NCBI RefSeq assembly: GCF_004010195.1
Contig: NC_057720.1
Coordinates: forward strand, 31,270,150-31,334,149
From: Chiloscyllium plagiosum
Lineage: Eukaryota
Reading direction: 5' to 3'
DNA: 64,000 nt
A program made the translations under genes and the position numbers. Numbering within the stretch: position 1 is the first letter of the stretch; the number at the start of each line of letters is the position of its first letter. Under the pieces are notes generated by a model. The model made no database searches. It was not told where the DNA came from and saw only the letters and a program-made list of their open reading frames with translations. This document shows, piece by piece, positions 12,365-25,498 of the stretch.

Positions 12365-14400
12365 GGCCTCGCAGGGAGGGTTTGTAAACACCAAACCATC
12401 ATTTCCCAGACCATATAGAACCTCATCACCTCAGGAGATCTCCTACCCACAGCTTCCAACCTCAGTCTGGGAACCTCGCACTGCCCAGTTCTACCTCCTT
12501 CCCAAGATCCACAAGCCTGACCACCCTGGCCGACCCATTGTTTCAGCATGCTCCTGCCCCACTGAACTCATCTCAACCTACCTCGATACTATCCTAACTC
12601 CCTAGTCCAGGAACTCCCCACATATGTTCAAGACACCGCCCATGCGCTCCACCTCCTCCAAGACTTCCATTTCTCCGGCCCCCAACGCCTCATCTTCACC
12701 ATGGATATCCAATCCCTCTACACCTCCATCTGCCATGACCAGGCCTTCCAAGCCCACCATTTCCTCCTCTCCTGACATCCCCAGCTGTACCCTTCCACCG
12801 ACACACTCATTCGTTTGGCTGAACTGGGCATCACCCTCAACAATTTCTCCTTCGAATTCTCCCACTTCCTCCAAACCAAGGGGGTAGCCATGGGCACCCA
12901 TATGGGCCCCACCTATGCCTGTCTCTTTGTTGGCTACGTAGAACAGTCCATCTTCCGCAGTTACACCAGCACCACTCCTCACCTCTTCCTCCGTTACATT
13001 GATGGCTGCATTGGCACCACCTCGTGTTCCCACGAGGAGGTTGAGCAATTCATCAACTTCACCAACACATTGCACTCTGACCTTAAATTTACCTGGACCA
13101 TCTCTGACACCTCCCTCCCCTTCCTGGACCTCTCCATCTCCATTAATGACGACCGACTTGACACAACATTTTTTACAAAACCACTGACTCCCACAGCTAC
13201 CTGGATTACACCTCTTCTCACCCTACCTCCTGCAAAAATGCCATCCTGTATTCTCAATTCCTCCGCCTCTGCCGTATCTGCTCCCAGGAAGACCAGTTCC
13301 ACCACAGAACACACCAGATGGCCTCCTTCTTTAGAGACCGCAAATTTCCTTCCCATGTGGTTAAAGATGCCCTCCAACACATCTTGTCCACATCCCACCC
13401 CTCCGCCCTCAAACCCCACCCCTCCAACCATAACAAGGACAGAACGCCCCTAGTGCTCACCTTCCACCCTATCAACCTTCACATAAACCAAATCATTCGA
13501 CGACATTTCCACCACCTCCAAACGGACCCCACCACCAGGGATATATTTCCCTCCCCACCCATTTCCGCTTTCCACAAAGACCGTTTCCTCCGTGACTACC
13601 TGGTCATGTCCATGCCCTCCAATAACCCACCCTCCTGTCCTGGCACCTTCCCCTGCCACCGCAGGAGTTGCAAAACCTGCGCCCACACCTCCTCCCTCAC
13701 CTCCAAGGTCCCAAAGGAGCCTTCCATCAAAAGTTTTACCTGCACATCTACCAATATCATTTATTGTATCCATTGCTCCCAATGCAGTCTCCTCTACATT
13801 GGGGAGACTGGATGCCTCCTAGCAGAGCACTTTAGGGAACATCTCTGGGACATCCGCACCAATCAACCACACTTCCTTGTGGCCCAACATTTCAACTCCC
13901 CCTCCCACTCAGCCGAGGACATGGAGGTCCTGCGCCTCCTTCACCGCCGCTCTCTCACCACCAGACGCCTGGAGGAAGAACGCCTCATCTTCCGCCTCGG
14001 AACACTTCAACCCCAGGGCATCAATGTGGACATCACCAGTTTCGTCATTTCCCCTTCCCCCACCTCATCCCAGTCTCAAACTTCTAGCTCAGCACTGTCC
14101 CCATGACTTGTCCTACCTGCCTATCTTCCTTTCCACCTATCCACTCCACCCTCCTCTCTGACCTATCACCTCCATCCCCACCCCCATTCACCTATTATAA
14201 TCTATGCTACTTTCTCCCCACCCCCACCCTCCTCATTTATCTCTCCACCCTGCAGGCACTCTGCCTCTATTCCTGATGAAGGGCTTTTGCCCGATATGTC
14301 GATTTTCCTGCTTCTCGGATGCTGCCTGAACTGCTGTGCTTTTCCAGCACCACTCTAATCTAAAATCTGGTTTCCAGCATCTGCAGCCCTCGTTTTTACT
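12365..14400 (+). mobile_element. Penelope-like element (RT + GIY-YIG endonuclease), frameshifted
   Basis: [88 protein letters not shown]. Terminal repeat at about 14270-14400. Confidence 0.95.
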
Positions 14401-14477
14401 GGGTTTGTAAACAATACTAATCGTGGGGATCAAAACTTGTGAAAGAGGAGGGTTTAACTAGCATCATTTTGGCATTA

Positions 14478-14980
14478 GTGGGGCCTCTTCTGGAGTTCTG
14501 TGTCCAATCCTGGTCTCCCGGTTAAAGGAGGGATATAATTAACCTGGAGAGGGTTCAGAAGAGATTTACCAGGATGTTGCCAGGAATGGAGGGTTTGAGT
14601 TCTAAGGAGAGGCTGGACAGACTGGGACTTTTTTCATTGGAGGGTAGGAGTTTGAGACCTTATAGAGGGTTATAAAACACGAGGGGTACAGATAAGGTGA
14701 ATGGTAAGTATCCTTTCCCTAGGATGGGGGATTTCATAAAAATAGGAGGACATATTTTTAAAGTGAGAGGACAAAGATTTAATAAAGATAAGTTTTTTTT
14801 TTACATAGAGAGTGGTTTGTGTGTGGAATGAACTTCCAGAGGAAGTGGTAGATGTGGGTAAAATTGCAAAGCTTGGAGGGATATGGGCCAAGCACAGGCA
14901 GATGGGACTAGTTTTAAATGGACTGATGGTTGGCATGGAGGGTTGGACCAAAGGGTCCGTTTCCATGCTCTATGACTCTA
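14478..14980 (+). mobile_element. CR1 3' fragment
   Basis: VVCVWNELPEEVVD motif and ctatgactcta tail. Confidence 0.85.
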
Positions 14981-15839
14981 GAAGTGGAAGTTGGGGAAAT
15001 TTAAAGAGGGAATTCCAAAGCATGGTGTCTTGATGTCTTAAGCACTGCTGTCCAACAATGTGCAGGTGAAGGGGAAGGCAGCATGCAAGAATGGTACAGC
15101 CTGGATTAATAAAAGGGGTGTTCATACATGGAATTTTCCAAAGTTCGGCACACTTTGAGGAAGGGGAGATGCAGAATAGCAGCCCAGCTTCTCTCCACAG
15201 AAAATAACCGAGACTAAAAGAAAGAGCGTCTCATCCAAAAGCAAAATACTGCAAATGCAGGAAATCTGAAATGAAAACAAAACTGCTGGAAATGTTCAAA
15301 TGGTCTCCAATATTTGCAGGGAAAGAAACAAAGTGAACATTCAGTTTGACAACAGAGAGCTGCCTACAGTGCAGCACTCAAAGATCAGATAAGTCTCCCA
15401 ATTTCTTTTTTGATTTGTTTTCTTGGAAAAGGTTGAAGTCTTAGAGTGCAGCTATGGAGAAAAGAAGAAAAATAGCTTACAGAGAAGAAAATAATTTTCA
15501 TTGGTTCTCATCTGACTAAAATGAGATGAAACAGTGCAGAACCAAAAGAATGAAATGGCATCCTCACAGACCAGCTTCGAGCAGATCACTAGCAGGATGA
15601 AATTGCAACAATTTTGGTGCTTTAGCTGAAGCATTTATTCCTATATTTTTAGAGATTGTGGACATCTGATGCCATTTATGGCAGGTTGTGTGGGATTGAG
15701 AGTGGTTGTTGTAATACTGGGTATGCTTTACTGCAAGCTGTTCCTAATTATCTTCAGCATTTATTACTGCCACATGGCATCTTGCCGAGTGGTTGAAGCT
15801 GTGATGTGGCATTCTTCATGGGCACAGAGCAAAGCAGCT

Positions 15840-17945
15840 CATGTACACATACAAAACTGGCTCAAAGCACATGTTTTTGTCAGACACTCTGCAAACACAA
15901 CCACAATGTGTATATTGTGTCATTGGGGTTTCCTCTGGACAATATTAAGAAACTTATTTGTTTTTTTTTGTCATTTATCAGTGGGGGAAAAAGAAACAAT
16001 TTAGAATTTGAACTGGGCTTGTTAGGAATTGCTTGGTGCAAATTTAGATAAATGTCAGTATTTTTGCATACTACAAGAGGTCAAAGATGACATTTGCAAC
16101 ACATGCTCAGAACCTCTAGTGGGGGTAAATTGCACCTAAATCCCATAGCAGTGAGGGCATTACATATTGATGTAGACAGAACAGTGGAGACAATGTCATT
16201 GAGGATATTTAAGGCAAAAATATTCTTGACTAGCAAAGGAGTGTTTGTAATTCCTACCAAGGAGGGATGAGTGTGGAGGGTGAGGGGGTGGGGTGGAGAA
16301 GGAGGAGGCAGGAGAGTGGAGTTGAAGGCACAATCAGATCATCTATGATTTTATTGAATGGTGGAGCAAGCTCAAGGGGCTACACTGCCTACTCCTGCCC
16401 GTTGATGGGTACACTCATATTCAGATCACAATATCAGTCTGCATGTAGCACCGAATTAACAAAAAATGCAGCCTTTTTAGAGCACAGTGCTCCAGATACC
16501 GTCTTTTCTTCAGTATTCAGGGCTGGACACGCTGAGCAGCAAGAAGGACACTCCTTCGAGCATCCCTCCGCTCACCCCCACCCAATCCTCACCACCACGT
16601 ATTATTTAAAATGATCATCAACTATTTTTGCATTAATTGCTGATTTATTTAGTTTAGCTACTATGCTATAGTTAAGGGTAAAGTGGGGAAAGTGAACTAG
16701 ACGTTTATCAGGTCAGCATGACCTTGTTGAAAGGTAAGGCAGACTCAGTGGGCTCAATGGCCAAATTTTCTTCCGACCTCTTATGATCTTATGATTATAC
16801 AAGTCTTTAGGATTTTCTAGCAATTTTTATAAGGTGACCAAAGTCTACAGCCAGTGCCTCCGACATGTAAATTGCAATTGACTGGTTTCTTAAAGAATGT
16901 CTGACAGTTGATCTTCCTGCTTGCCCACAATCTCTCACTGTGTGCATGTTGATCGTCATGCCGCTGTATGCCTTCCACTATTGGAACAGGCTTTGCCACC
17001 TTGCGATACTGCATTCCGGTTTGGTCCAGGTGGTTAATCCATGCAGGATAAACTAAGTTTTTGTTGGCAATGCAAACAACGAGTAGGCAACATACTATGA
17101 GCAGTTGTGTGAACTAGAAACATAGCAAGGTAAAAACAATGACTGCAGACGCTGGAAACCAGATTCTGGATTAGTGGTGCTGGAAGAGCACAGCAGTTCA
17201 GGCAGCATCCGAGGAGCAGTAAAATCGACGTTTCGGGCAAAAGCCCTTCATCTAGAAACATAGCAGGCTACTGAGCCCATCATCACCATGTGGACTCTCC
17301 ACAAGAGCGGCTCAGCTTGACCCATTCCTCTGCTCATTCTCTTTATACCTACGGTTATTGCTCTTAATAATAAGTCTGAGCAGGTCAAAGAAAATTTCAG
17401 AATCATATTTCAAATCGAAACTGGGTCTTCCCAATTAAAAAAGAAAATGCTGTAACATTTTCAGAGTCTGGAGAAAATGCTAGAAAAACTAAAAGAAAAT
17501 ATGGTTTCACCCAGAAAGGCTCTGTTCATGCCGGAGGAAGCTAACAGAAGAATTCAACGAACGATTTCAATGATTGGATGTGTTGGCACTACCAGTCATG
17601 CTTGTTTAAAATCCAGTCCTTCCAGGAGGCATTGGTGTGTCTACCAAACTCCATCAGTTGTATTGATTTACAAGGCCGTGGAGATAATTATTATACAAAG
17701 TGATATTGAGCTGAAAGTCAGGTCAAGGAAGGGTATTTGTTTGGGAGCTCATAAACAAAGGACAATAGCTATGCCCATCATCAACCTGTATATATCTATA
17801 TGAAAGGATTCTTCTCAATTAAGATTATCAAGCCCACGTACCTGCCTCACAGATATTTGTTGGATTGTACATGACTAGTATCTCTAACTACATCAGAGAC
17901 CTCAAGAGACTGGCAGAGAATGCATCAGCACAGGTATCACACTGA
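15840..17945 (+). pseudogene. Decayed hAT (Charlie/SPIN/GTF2IRD2-type) transposase, interrupted by retroelements
   Basis: Frame-broken translations SSQLKKKML*HFQSLEKML, KLTEEFNERFQ, VEIIIIQSDIELKVRS, KIIK...CLTD and ISNYIRDLKRLAENASAQVSH* follow the order of the hAT C-terminal region (17.4-17.95 kb, best supported). NWLKAHVFV...MCILC at 15.85 kb resembles the N-terminal zinc finger (weaker). Confidence 0.65.
17128..17251 (-). mobile_element. PLE terminal-repeat insert with TSD
   Basis: Flanked by ctagaaacatagca at 17114 and 17252. Contains the reverse of gatgaagggcttttgcccgaaacgtc. Confidence 0.85.
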
Positions 17946-18052
17946 GACTTGTGAGTAGAGGACAAAATGATGTAATTAGTTCTAGGTTTATACCACACTA
18001 AAAATAAACTATTTATTCTGTACTTACTTTTACAATTTACCTTTACAATTAA

Positions 18053-18338
18053 GGGGTGGCACGGTGGCTCAGTGGTTAGCACTACTGCCTCACAGCGCCA
18101 GGGACCTGGGTTCAATTCCTGCCTCAGGCAACTGGCTGTGTGGAGTTTGCACATTCTCCCCGTGTCTGTGTGGGTTTCCTCCCACAATCCATAAAGTGTG
18201 CAGGTTAGGTGAATTGGCCATACTAAATTGCCCATAGTGTTAGGTGCATTGGCGGGGTAAATATATGGGGAATGGGTCTGGAGGGTCGGTGTGAACTTGA
18301 TGGGCCAAAGGGCCTAATTGCTGTAGGGAATCTGATCT
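18053..18338 (+). mobile_element. HE1/V-SINE-like tRNA-derived SINE
   Basis: ggcacggtggctcagtggttagcac (A box), gggttcaattcc (B box), tgtgtggagtttgcacattctccccgtgtctg (V-domain-like), CR1-like tail. Confidence 0.9.
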
Positions 18339-18749
18339 TACTTCAGGATGGATCTGGGTTTCACATAGATGCATAAAGTGACCTTGGGTTAAAAAGGTTG
18401 GAGGCTGTAACAAAAGAGCTTAAGTGGCAAATTATCACTTTGAAAGATTTTTTTTTAAGCTGCAAAACGCTTCCGTGAATTTGCATTGCAACAGTCCAGA
18501 AATGTCTGCATTTGATGTTAACACATTCCAAGCAGAATTAGAGGAAGCTGCTTTTGAGATTTATAAGATCAGTCCCTTGAATGGTGAAAGGGTTTAAGGA
18601 GGTGGAAAGATGATGAAATGGAAAGCATAGCAGTGGAGAGGGAGGAAAATTAAAGCAGCTGAAATTAGAATTTCAAGAAAAGGAATGAGGAAGATAGAAA
18701 GAGAGAGAGAAATGGCAAGGAGAAGAAACTTGCTGCAACCAACAAAGGG

Positions 18750-19035
18750 GCAGATGATGAGGTAAACCATTTAGGATTGAGATGAGGAAGAATTTCTTAG
18801 AGAGTTGTGAACCTGTGGAATTCTCTATCATAGAAAGCTGTTGGGGCCAGTTCATTAGATATATTCAAGAGGGAGTGGAGTGTGCCTTTTGCAGCTGAAG
18901 AGGTCAAGGGGTATGGAGAGAAAGCCAGAGTGGGATACTGAAGTTGCATGATCAATCATGACCATATTGAATGATGGCGCAGGCTCAAAGGGCTGAATGG
19001 CCTCTCCTGCACCCATTTTCTATGTTTTTCTATGT
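18750..19035 (+). mobile_element. CR1 3' fragment
   Basis: gagatgaggaagaatttc...gggctgaatggcct...ttctatgtt tail. Confidence 0.8.
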
Positions 19036-19292
19036 TACTATGAATCAGGAAGGGGACAGTCCATCCCTTCTCACTCAGAAGCTTTATGAGTTGTGGTCTC
19101 CAGTATGGAACTGTAATAAATTGGGGAAATTGCCATGGATTTTTGGCACTAATGTGGCTTCACAATTATTGTGGTCTTGCCATTTGTGAAAGAGAGTTCC
19201 AAGCCTCCACTCTATTTGTGCTCAGAAATGCTTCCTATTTTCATATTTGAAAGACATGGCTCAAATTTTAGACAATGGCCCTAGTGTGAGAC

Positions 19293-19423
19293 AGGTAAAA
19301 ACAAAGACTGCAGATGCTGGAAACCAGATTCTGGATTAGTGGTGCTGGAAGTGCTTTTGCCCGAAACGTCAATTTTACTGCTCCTCGGATGCTGCCTGAA
19401 CTGCTGTGCTCTTCCAGCACCAC
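19293..19423. mobile_element. PLE terminal-repeat insert, inverted
   Basis: tagtggtgctggaag...cttccagcaccacta inverted pair. Flanked by tagt(g/c)tgagaca duplication. Confidence 0.8.
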
Positions 19424-20441
19424 TAGTCTGAGACACTCCAACCAATTTGTCAGAAGTTATTTAACAATGCTCAACCCCGTTATATTTTGAATATGTCAAT
19501 CAATCACCTGTCAACCAACTAAAATTGTACATTGCAAATTCTGAATGTATTACAGCCAAAAGGGATTCCATTCATTCAACACTGAGCTGGTAAGCAGCCA
19601 GACACAGTAAATCATACAGGTTAGTGTCCAAAATCCTGGTAGCAGTCATAATGTCCTTCTTGTTCAACACTCCACGGTGTCTTCTGCACATTTGAGCCAT
19701 CACAACAAACCAAAGTGCATCAGTTACAAATATCCACTGATCACATGGCTGATAATTCTACTGAGTGACCCATGCATACAGGGCAGTACGCATGCAATAA
19801 AAGATTCAGGCTAGGTCATCATCTCAAAACTGATGATCCATAGAGGTACTTTGAACTATTGCAGCAGTTGAATTAAATTCAACACCAATCTGTAACCTCC
19901 TGGCCTGCTGCATGCTTCATGATTGTTTAACTATTAAGTTCCTGAGCTAGTAATGCTGAGGCCCAGACTACTACTTACGAAACATACATTCACACAAAAA
20001 CAAATTCCTGGAGAAACTCAGCAGGCCTTGCAGTATCTGTGAGGAGAAAACAGAGTTAATGCTTCATGCCTGATGACTCTTCATCAGACTCTCTTCATCA
20101 GCATCCATAGTTCTTTGTTATATTACATCCATTCAAATGAGAGGCAGGTAGTGAAACTTAAATTCAGTTAATCAATAAATCTGGAATAAAAACATGAGTC
20201 TTGATAACCATATAAAGTCTGGATTGATGCAAAAACTGAACTCACCTCCTCTGTTCCCAAACCCTGTACATCTATAAGGCAGGAGTGGGTTGAAATACTC
20301 CCCACTTGTCTGGAGGAATGCAACTTCATTAGCACTCAAAAAAAACTCTACATTCTGCTCACTTCAACAATACTCCACACACCACCTGAAGCATTCATTT
20401 GCTCCTTCACTACCAATTAACGAATCAGAGTAAACCATATA

Positions 20442-21053
20442 CAGAGGAACCTCGATTATCCGACCGAGATGGACAGGCACGATTTCGTTCAGTAATTGAT
20501 TATTCAGATAATCGATTTTAGCTGAAAGGGGAAGCCATACCGATCTAAAGCTATGCTCTATTGGAGAATTTGGTTAAATCTATAATTTTAATGAGGCTGC
20601 CACTCAAACAAACTATTCTTTGCAGTCTGCAAATTACAGGTTAAAATGAGATGAACTAAACCCTTACCATGAAGTCCCAGCATTAAACAAGGTTCCGAAC
20701 AGCTTCTATGATCACAAGACCATTTACGGTATCAGTTTCCGGAAACTCAGATGGAAGCTCCACCTCACGAGTGCGTTTATATTCTCGGCTTTTTTTATAA
20801 AATAACTGGCCCAGTAAAGTGCCAGGAATACTATAAAACACTTACTTTTCCAAAGAGCTGCATAACAACCCTTACCTAAAAAAAATACAGTCGCTGATGC
20901 TTGAGCTGCTTGAGTTTCTTTGTTTTTGCCAGCATTTTCACATCTTCTTCAGGACAGATAAATCAAATACACTTACCTCTTTGATGTAACGTTTTTGCGG
21001 GACATTGAAATCTTCTTTGGATAATCGAGATTTGGCTAATTTAGGTTCCTCTG
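20442..21053. mobile_element. Non-autonomous Tc1/mariner (Tigger/pogo-like) MITE
   Basis: TA|CAGAGGAACCTCGATTATCCG ... TGGCTAATTTAGGTTCCTCTG|TA: terminal inverted repeats with TA target duplication and sub-terminal gataatcga repeats. No ORF. Confidence 0.85.
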
Positions 21054-21108
21054 TAGAAGATGCACAACAGAAACGCACGATTCCCTTTTAACAGAATTTT
21101 TTCCATTA

Positions 21109-21686
21109 CCTGGTGAGGCCATACTTGGAGTACTGCATGCAGCTTTGGTCTCCTTACTTGAGAAAGGGTGTACTGGCAGTGGAGGGGGTGCAGAGGGGGT
21201 TCACTAGATTGATTCCGGAGTTGAGGGGGTTGGCTTATGAGAACAGACTGAGTAGACTGGGATTATATTCACTGGAATTTAGAAGAATGAGGGGGAATAT
21301 TATAGAAACATATAAAATTATGAAGGGAATGGATAAGATAGAAGTAGAGAGGATGGTTCCACTGGCAGGTGAAACTAGGACAACAGAACATAGCTTCAAA
21401 ATTACAGGGAGCAGATTTAGGACTGAATTGAGAAGAAACTTCTTCACCCAGAGAGTTGTGAATTTATGGAATTCCCTGCCCAGTGAAGTGGACGAAGCTT
21501 CCTCAGTAAATGCTTTTAAAGCTAAGATAGATAATTTCTTGAACAGTAAAGGAATTAAGGGTTATGGTGAGAGGGTGGGTAAGTGGAGCTGAGGCTACAA
21601 TAAGATCAGCCATGATCTTATTGAATGGTGGAGCAGGCTCGACGGGCCAGATGGCCTACTCCTGCTCCTAGTTCTTATGTTCTAAT
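21109..21686 (+). mobile_element. CR1 3' end, relatively young (open frame)
   Basis: 159-aa ORF RPYLEYCMQLWSPYLRK...RRNFFTQRVVNLWNSLP...GKWS* followed by CR1 3' UTR. Confidence 0.95.
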
Positions 21687-22105
21687 GTGCCTACCACCTA
21701 GGAGTGACAAAGGCAGTAACTCATGGGGACACCAGTTTTAAGTTTCCCTTCAAGTCACACAACATCCTGACTTGACACAATAACACTGTTCTTTCACTAT
21801 TGCTGGGTCAAACTCTTGGAACTCATATGTTCACAATACTGAGAGAGAACATGCACCAGATGGATTATGGTAGTTCAGAAAGGAGAACCACCAGCAACTT
21901 CTCAAACGCAAATCGGGTTGGAATGTAGGCCTTGTTAAAGTTGTCCATGTCACAAGAAAGAATAAAAAAAAATCCACTGCCCTAACTTAGAACTCATGCA
22001 TAACTTTCTCACTCTTGTTGCACCAAGTTGCCATCCTAATAGTATTGTGGGTGTGCCAACACCTCGAGAGCTGAACCACCAGTTGTCATGGGCAATCATG
22101 GTAAT

Positions 22106-22258
22106 GAGCTGAAAATGTGTTGCTGGAAAAGCGCAGCAGGTCGGGCTTATGCCCGAAACGTCGATTCTCCTGTTCTTTGGATGCTGCCTGACCTGCTGCG
22201 CTTTTCCAGCAACACATTTTCAGCTCTGATCTCCAGCATCTGCAGCCCTCACTTTCTC
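22106..22258. mobile_element. PLE terminal-repeat insert, inverted
   Basis: gagctgaaaatgtgttgctggaaaagcgcagcaggtc ... gacctgctgcgcttttccagcaacacattttcagctc. Flanked by aatcatg(g/c)taa(t/c)g. Confidence 0.85.
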
Positions 22259-22394
22259 TCAATCATGCTAACGCATGATAATAAATGCTGGTCTTGCAAG
22301 CAGTGCATATATGCAATGAAATAAAGCTTTGGGTGTAGTTATAATTCTGTCCCCAATAGGAAACTGAGGAAAAGGGTCATTTGTTTTACAGGAC

Positions 22395-23160
22395 AAAGTG
22401 AAGACTGCAGATGCTGGAGATTAGAGTCAAAACGTGCGATGCTAGAAAAGCACAGCAGGTCAGGCAGCATCCAAGGAGCAGGAGAATCGACATTTCTGGT
22501 ATAAGCCCCTTCGTCAGGAATGTTAGGGGGAAGGGACTGAGAGATAAATAGGAGGGTGGGGTTGGGGCTGAGGGGGTAGGTAGCTGGGAAGTGTGATAGG
22601 TCAGAGGGGAGGGTGGTGCAGATAGCTGGGAAGGAAGATGGACAAGTAGGACAATTCAAGAGGGCAGTGCCGAGTTGAAGGGTTGGATCTGGGATGAGAT
22701 GGGGAGGGGGGGGGAAATGAGGAAATTGGTGAAATTGATGTTGATGCCATGTTGTTGGAGAGTTCCAAGGCAGAAGATGAGGCGTTCTTCCTCCAGGCAT
22801 CAGATGGCTTGGATTTGGCGGTGGAGGAGGCCCAGGACTTGCATGTCCTTGGTGGAGCAGCAGTGGCAGATTGTGGAAATGGCAGAGGATAATGTGATGT
22901 ATCCAGAGATTGGTGGGATAGAAGGTGAAGACCAGTGGAGTTCTATCCTTGTTGCAGCTGGAGGGGTGGAGTTCAAGGGTGGAGGTGTGGGAAGTGGAGG
23001 ATTTGCGCTGTACGACATTGTTGACCCTGTGGAAGGGAAATTACAGCCCTTGGAAATTGGATGCCAACTGGAATATCCAAGAGTGGAATTGTTCCTCCGA
23101 GGAGCAGAAAACGGCAGAGACGGAGGAATTGGGAGTAAGTGATAGCATTCAGATATTGGG
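22395..23160 (-). mobile_element. Penelope-like element 3' part, internally deleted
   Basis: Minus strand gives NAITYSQFLRLCR and TKDMQVLGLLHRQIQA. Terminal repeat at about 22395-22520. Confidence 0.9.
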
Positions 23161-23184
23161 AGTAAGGGACAGCACAACCAGACC

Positions 23185-23995
23185 CCAACACTAGAGATAT
23201 GTTTCCCTCCTGACCCCTATCAGCATTCCATAGAGCCCACTCCCTTTGTGACTCCCTCATTCGGTCCACACGCCCCAAGAACCCACCCTCCATGCCCAGC
23301 ACCTTCCCTTGCCACTGCAAGAGGTGGAAAACCTGCGCCCAAACCTACCCCCGCCCCACCTCTGTCCAAGGCCACAAAGGATCTTTCCACATCTGGCAGA
23401 GATTTTCCTGCATTTGCAAACACCTCATTGACCATGCCCATTGCTCTTGTTGTGGTCTCCTCTACATTGAGGAGACAGGAAGCCAACTTATGAAATGTTT
23501 CAGGAAACAGCTCTGGGGACACATGCATCAAACAACCAGCTGACCAGTTCAAACTCCCCCTCCACCAAGAAAGTGCACGTCCTTGGCATCCTCCACCACC
23601 AAATCCAAACCACCCGATACTTGGAGAAAGAATGCCTCATCTTCCGCCTTGGGACCCTCCAACCGCACCACAGCAACATTGAGGTAACTGGTAAAATCAT
23701 CTCCCTCACCCCTCCTCATCCCAGATTCAACCCTCTCGAATTGTCCTACCTGTCCATCTTCCTTCCCAGCTATCTGCTCCACCCTCCCCTCCGACCTATC
23801 ACCATCAAAGCCCACCTCTATCCACCTATTGCTTCCCCAGCTACCATTCCCCCAGCCCCACCCCTACCCTCCTATTTATCTCTCAGCCTCCTTCGCCACC
23901 TCCCCACATTCCTGATGACGGGCTTATGCCTGAAACATCGAATCTCCTGCTCCTCGGATGCTACCTGTGCTTTTCCAGCACCACACATTTCGACT
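23185..23995 (+). mobile_element. Penelope-like element 3' part (GIY-YIG + terminal repeat)
   Basis: STFPCHCKRWKTCAQT, CSCCGLLYIEETG, CLIFRLGTLQP. cctgatgacgggcttatgcctgaaac at 23911. Confidence 0.9.
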
Positions 23996-25149
23996 CATTT
24001 GTTTTACACTCCGCCTGACTGGATGTTGTTAGCATCTTGCGGTTAGATTAGGATAAAAGTCCAACTTTTAATTAAAGAAGATTTAGCAAGTATGCACCAG
24101 GATGAGATTTGTGGAATGAGCTGGGTTACTTGACTCAATAGTCTCACGCTATGCATTTTCTGTCCTGAAATCCTAATAGCTATTGAAAAACATGCACACT
24201 ATCATCACGAGCTAGATTCAAAGCCAGACTACAGACCAGAAAGGGCTGTGCTCTAAGCCACTGCACTTTCCAACTTCTCTAAAATTATGCATGATATAAA
24301 TTATGCATTTTCAGAATGTTGATTGAACTGTTGAAAAGCTTTGATATTAGTTCACATTTGATTCTATTTGAAGTGGATTTGGAATCATTCCAACTGAAGT
24401 AAATTGTGTATTTTTATCCTGACCAGTGCCCCTTAATGTGAGTCAGCTCTCAAATTACTTCATCAGAATAGAACACTATCCTTTCGCTGTGGTCACAATT
24501 TGCTCCTAAACGAATCCTGGTGGATTTACTGCATGTTTCAGATATTTGCTTTTCCAACTGTTGGCAGTAGGCATCTGGCCACTGAGAAAGGCATTTGTTT
24601 CTGGAAGTGTTTGCTGTACCACTTCTTGCTAACAAGGATGGAAAATGTCATACCATTAATCTGAAATGCAAAACAGATTGAACATAGTTCTTCTGTCACT
24701 GAGATAGCTCAGAGCTGGGAATTTTAATCTATTGCACCCTGTGGGAAATTGACAGATCAAATCAGTTGTCCATTTTCCACCAAGTCCAATTTCACTTTCC
24801 AAAGACTTCTTAAGCCAGCCTGTCAGTGAGAGATTGGGATGTGAAGTAAACTGATGGGGTATTAAGTGGCCAGACTTTTATTTCCCTGCTTTTTATAGAC
24901 AGGGCATTCCTGCTCAACTTTCCATATTGGCAGGTGTATGCCTGTGTAATTGCTGTACTGGATAAGATTGACTATAGGTGTGCAAAATGTCTCCCTTCCT
25001 GCCCATAAAGGAGATGTTGAAACACCTGCATATTGAACCTTCCTCCACATCTCCAATATTCAGCATAGCTGGTTGTTTGCTGCCGACGACATTCCCTTGG
25101 AAGGAAGTTTGGAGATGTCGAGCCACTGTTAAGTACTTATAGGGCAGAG

Positions 25150-25498
25150 ACCATAGAGTCCCCCCAGAGTGGAAACAGGAAGTTCAGTCCATCAAATCCA
25201 CAGTGACCCTCTGAAGAGAATCCCACCCATACACACCATATCCCGGTAACCCTCTATTTCCATTGGCTAATTCACCTAGCTTGCACATCCCTGGACACTA
25301 TGGACAATTTAACATGACTACTCCACCTAACCTGCACAACTTTGGATTGTGGGAAGAAACCAGAGCACCCAGAGGAAAGCCACGCAGACACAGGGAGAAT
25401 GTGCAAACTCCACCTGGATAGTTGCCTGATGGTAGAATCGAACCAGGGTCCCTGGCTCTGTGAAGCAGCAGTGCTGAGCACTGAGCCACCGTGCCACC
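25150..25498 (-). mobile_element. HE1/V-SINE-like SINE
   Basis: Reverse complement of the 18053 SINE (agaatgtgcaaactccac...ctgagccaccgtgcc). Confidence 0.9.

Larger units (their letters stand above)
20270..21970 (+). mobile_element. Old CR1-group/jockey-like LINE 3' part, split by the MITE (20442-21053) and a CR1 (21109-21686)
   Basis: catctataaggc...tgaaatactccccacttg before the MITE. ctaccacctagga...aagtcacacaacatcctgacttg...gaataaaaaaaa after the CR1. Confidence 0.55.

Noticed and set aside
16817..17113. Minus-strand frame resembling a secreted peptide precursor (FTQLLIVCCLLVVCIA...RK-INCQTFFKKPVNC...C...C*), superficially somatostatin-like
   Set aside because: There is no start codon before the hydrophobic stretch and no FWKT core. 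It lies antisense within the probable hAT fossil, and stop-free frames of this length are expected by chance in 64 kb. A homology search or RNA-seq could revive it.
18053..18125. tRNA gene
   Set aside because: The A/B boxes belong to a SINE head that continues into the SINE body and CR1-like tail; several copies occur in the window.
18400..18745. Possible Gypsy gag coiled-coil remnant (purine-rich, E/K/R-rich frames)
   Set aside because: Too decayed to support by eye.
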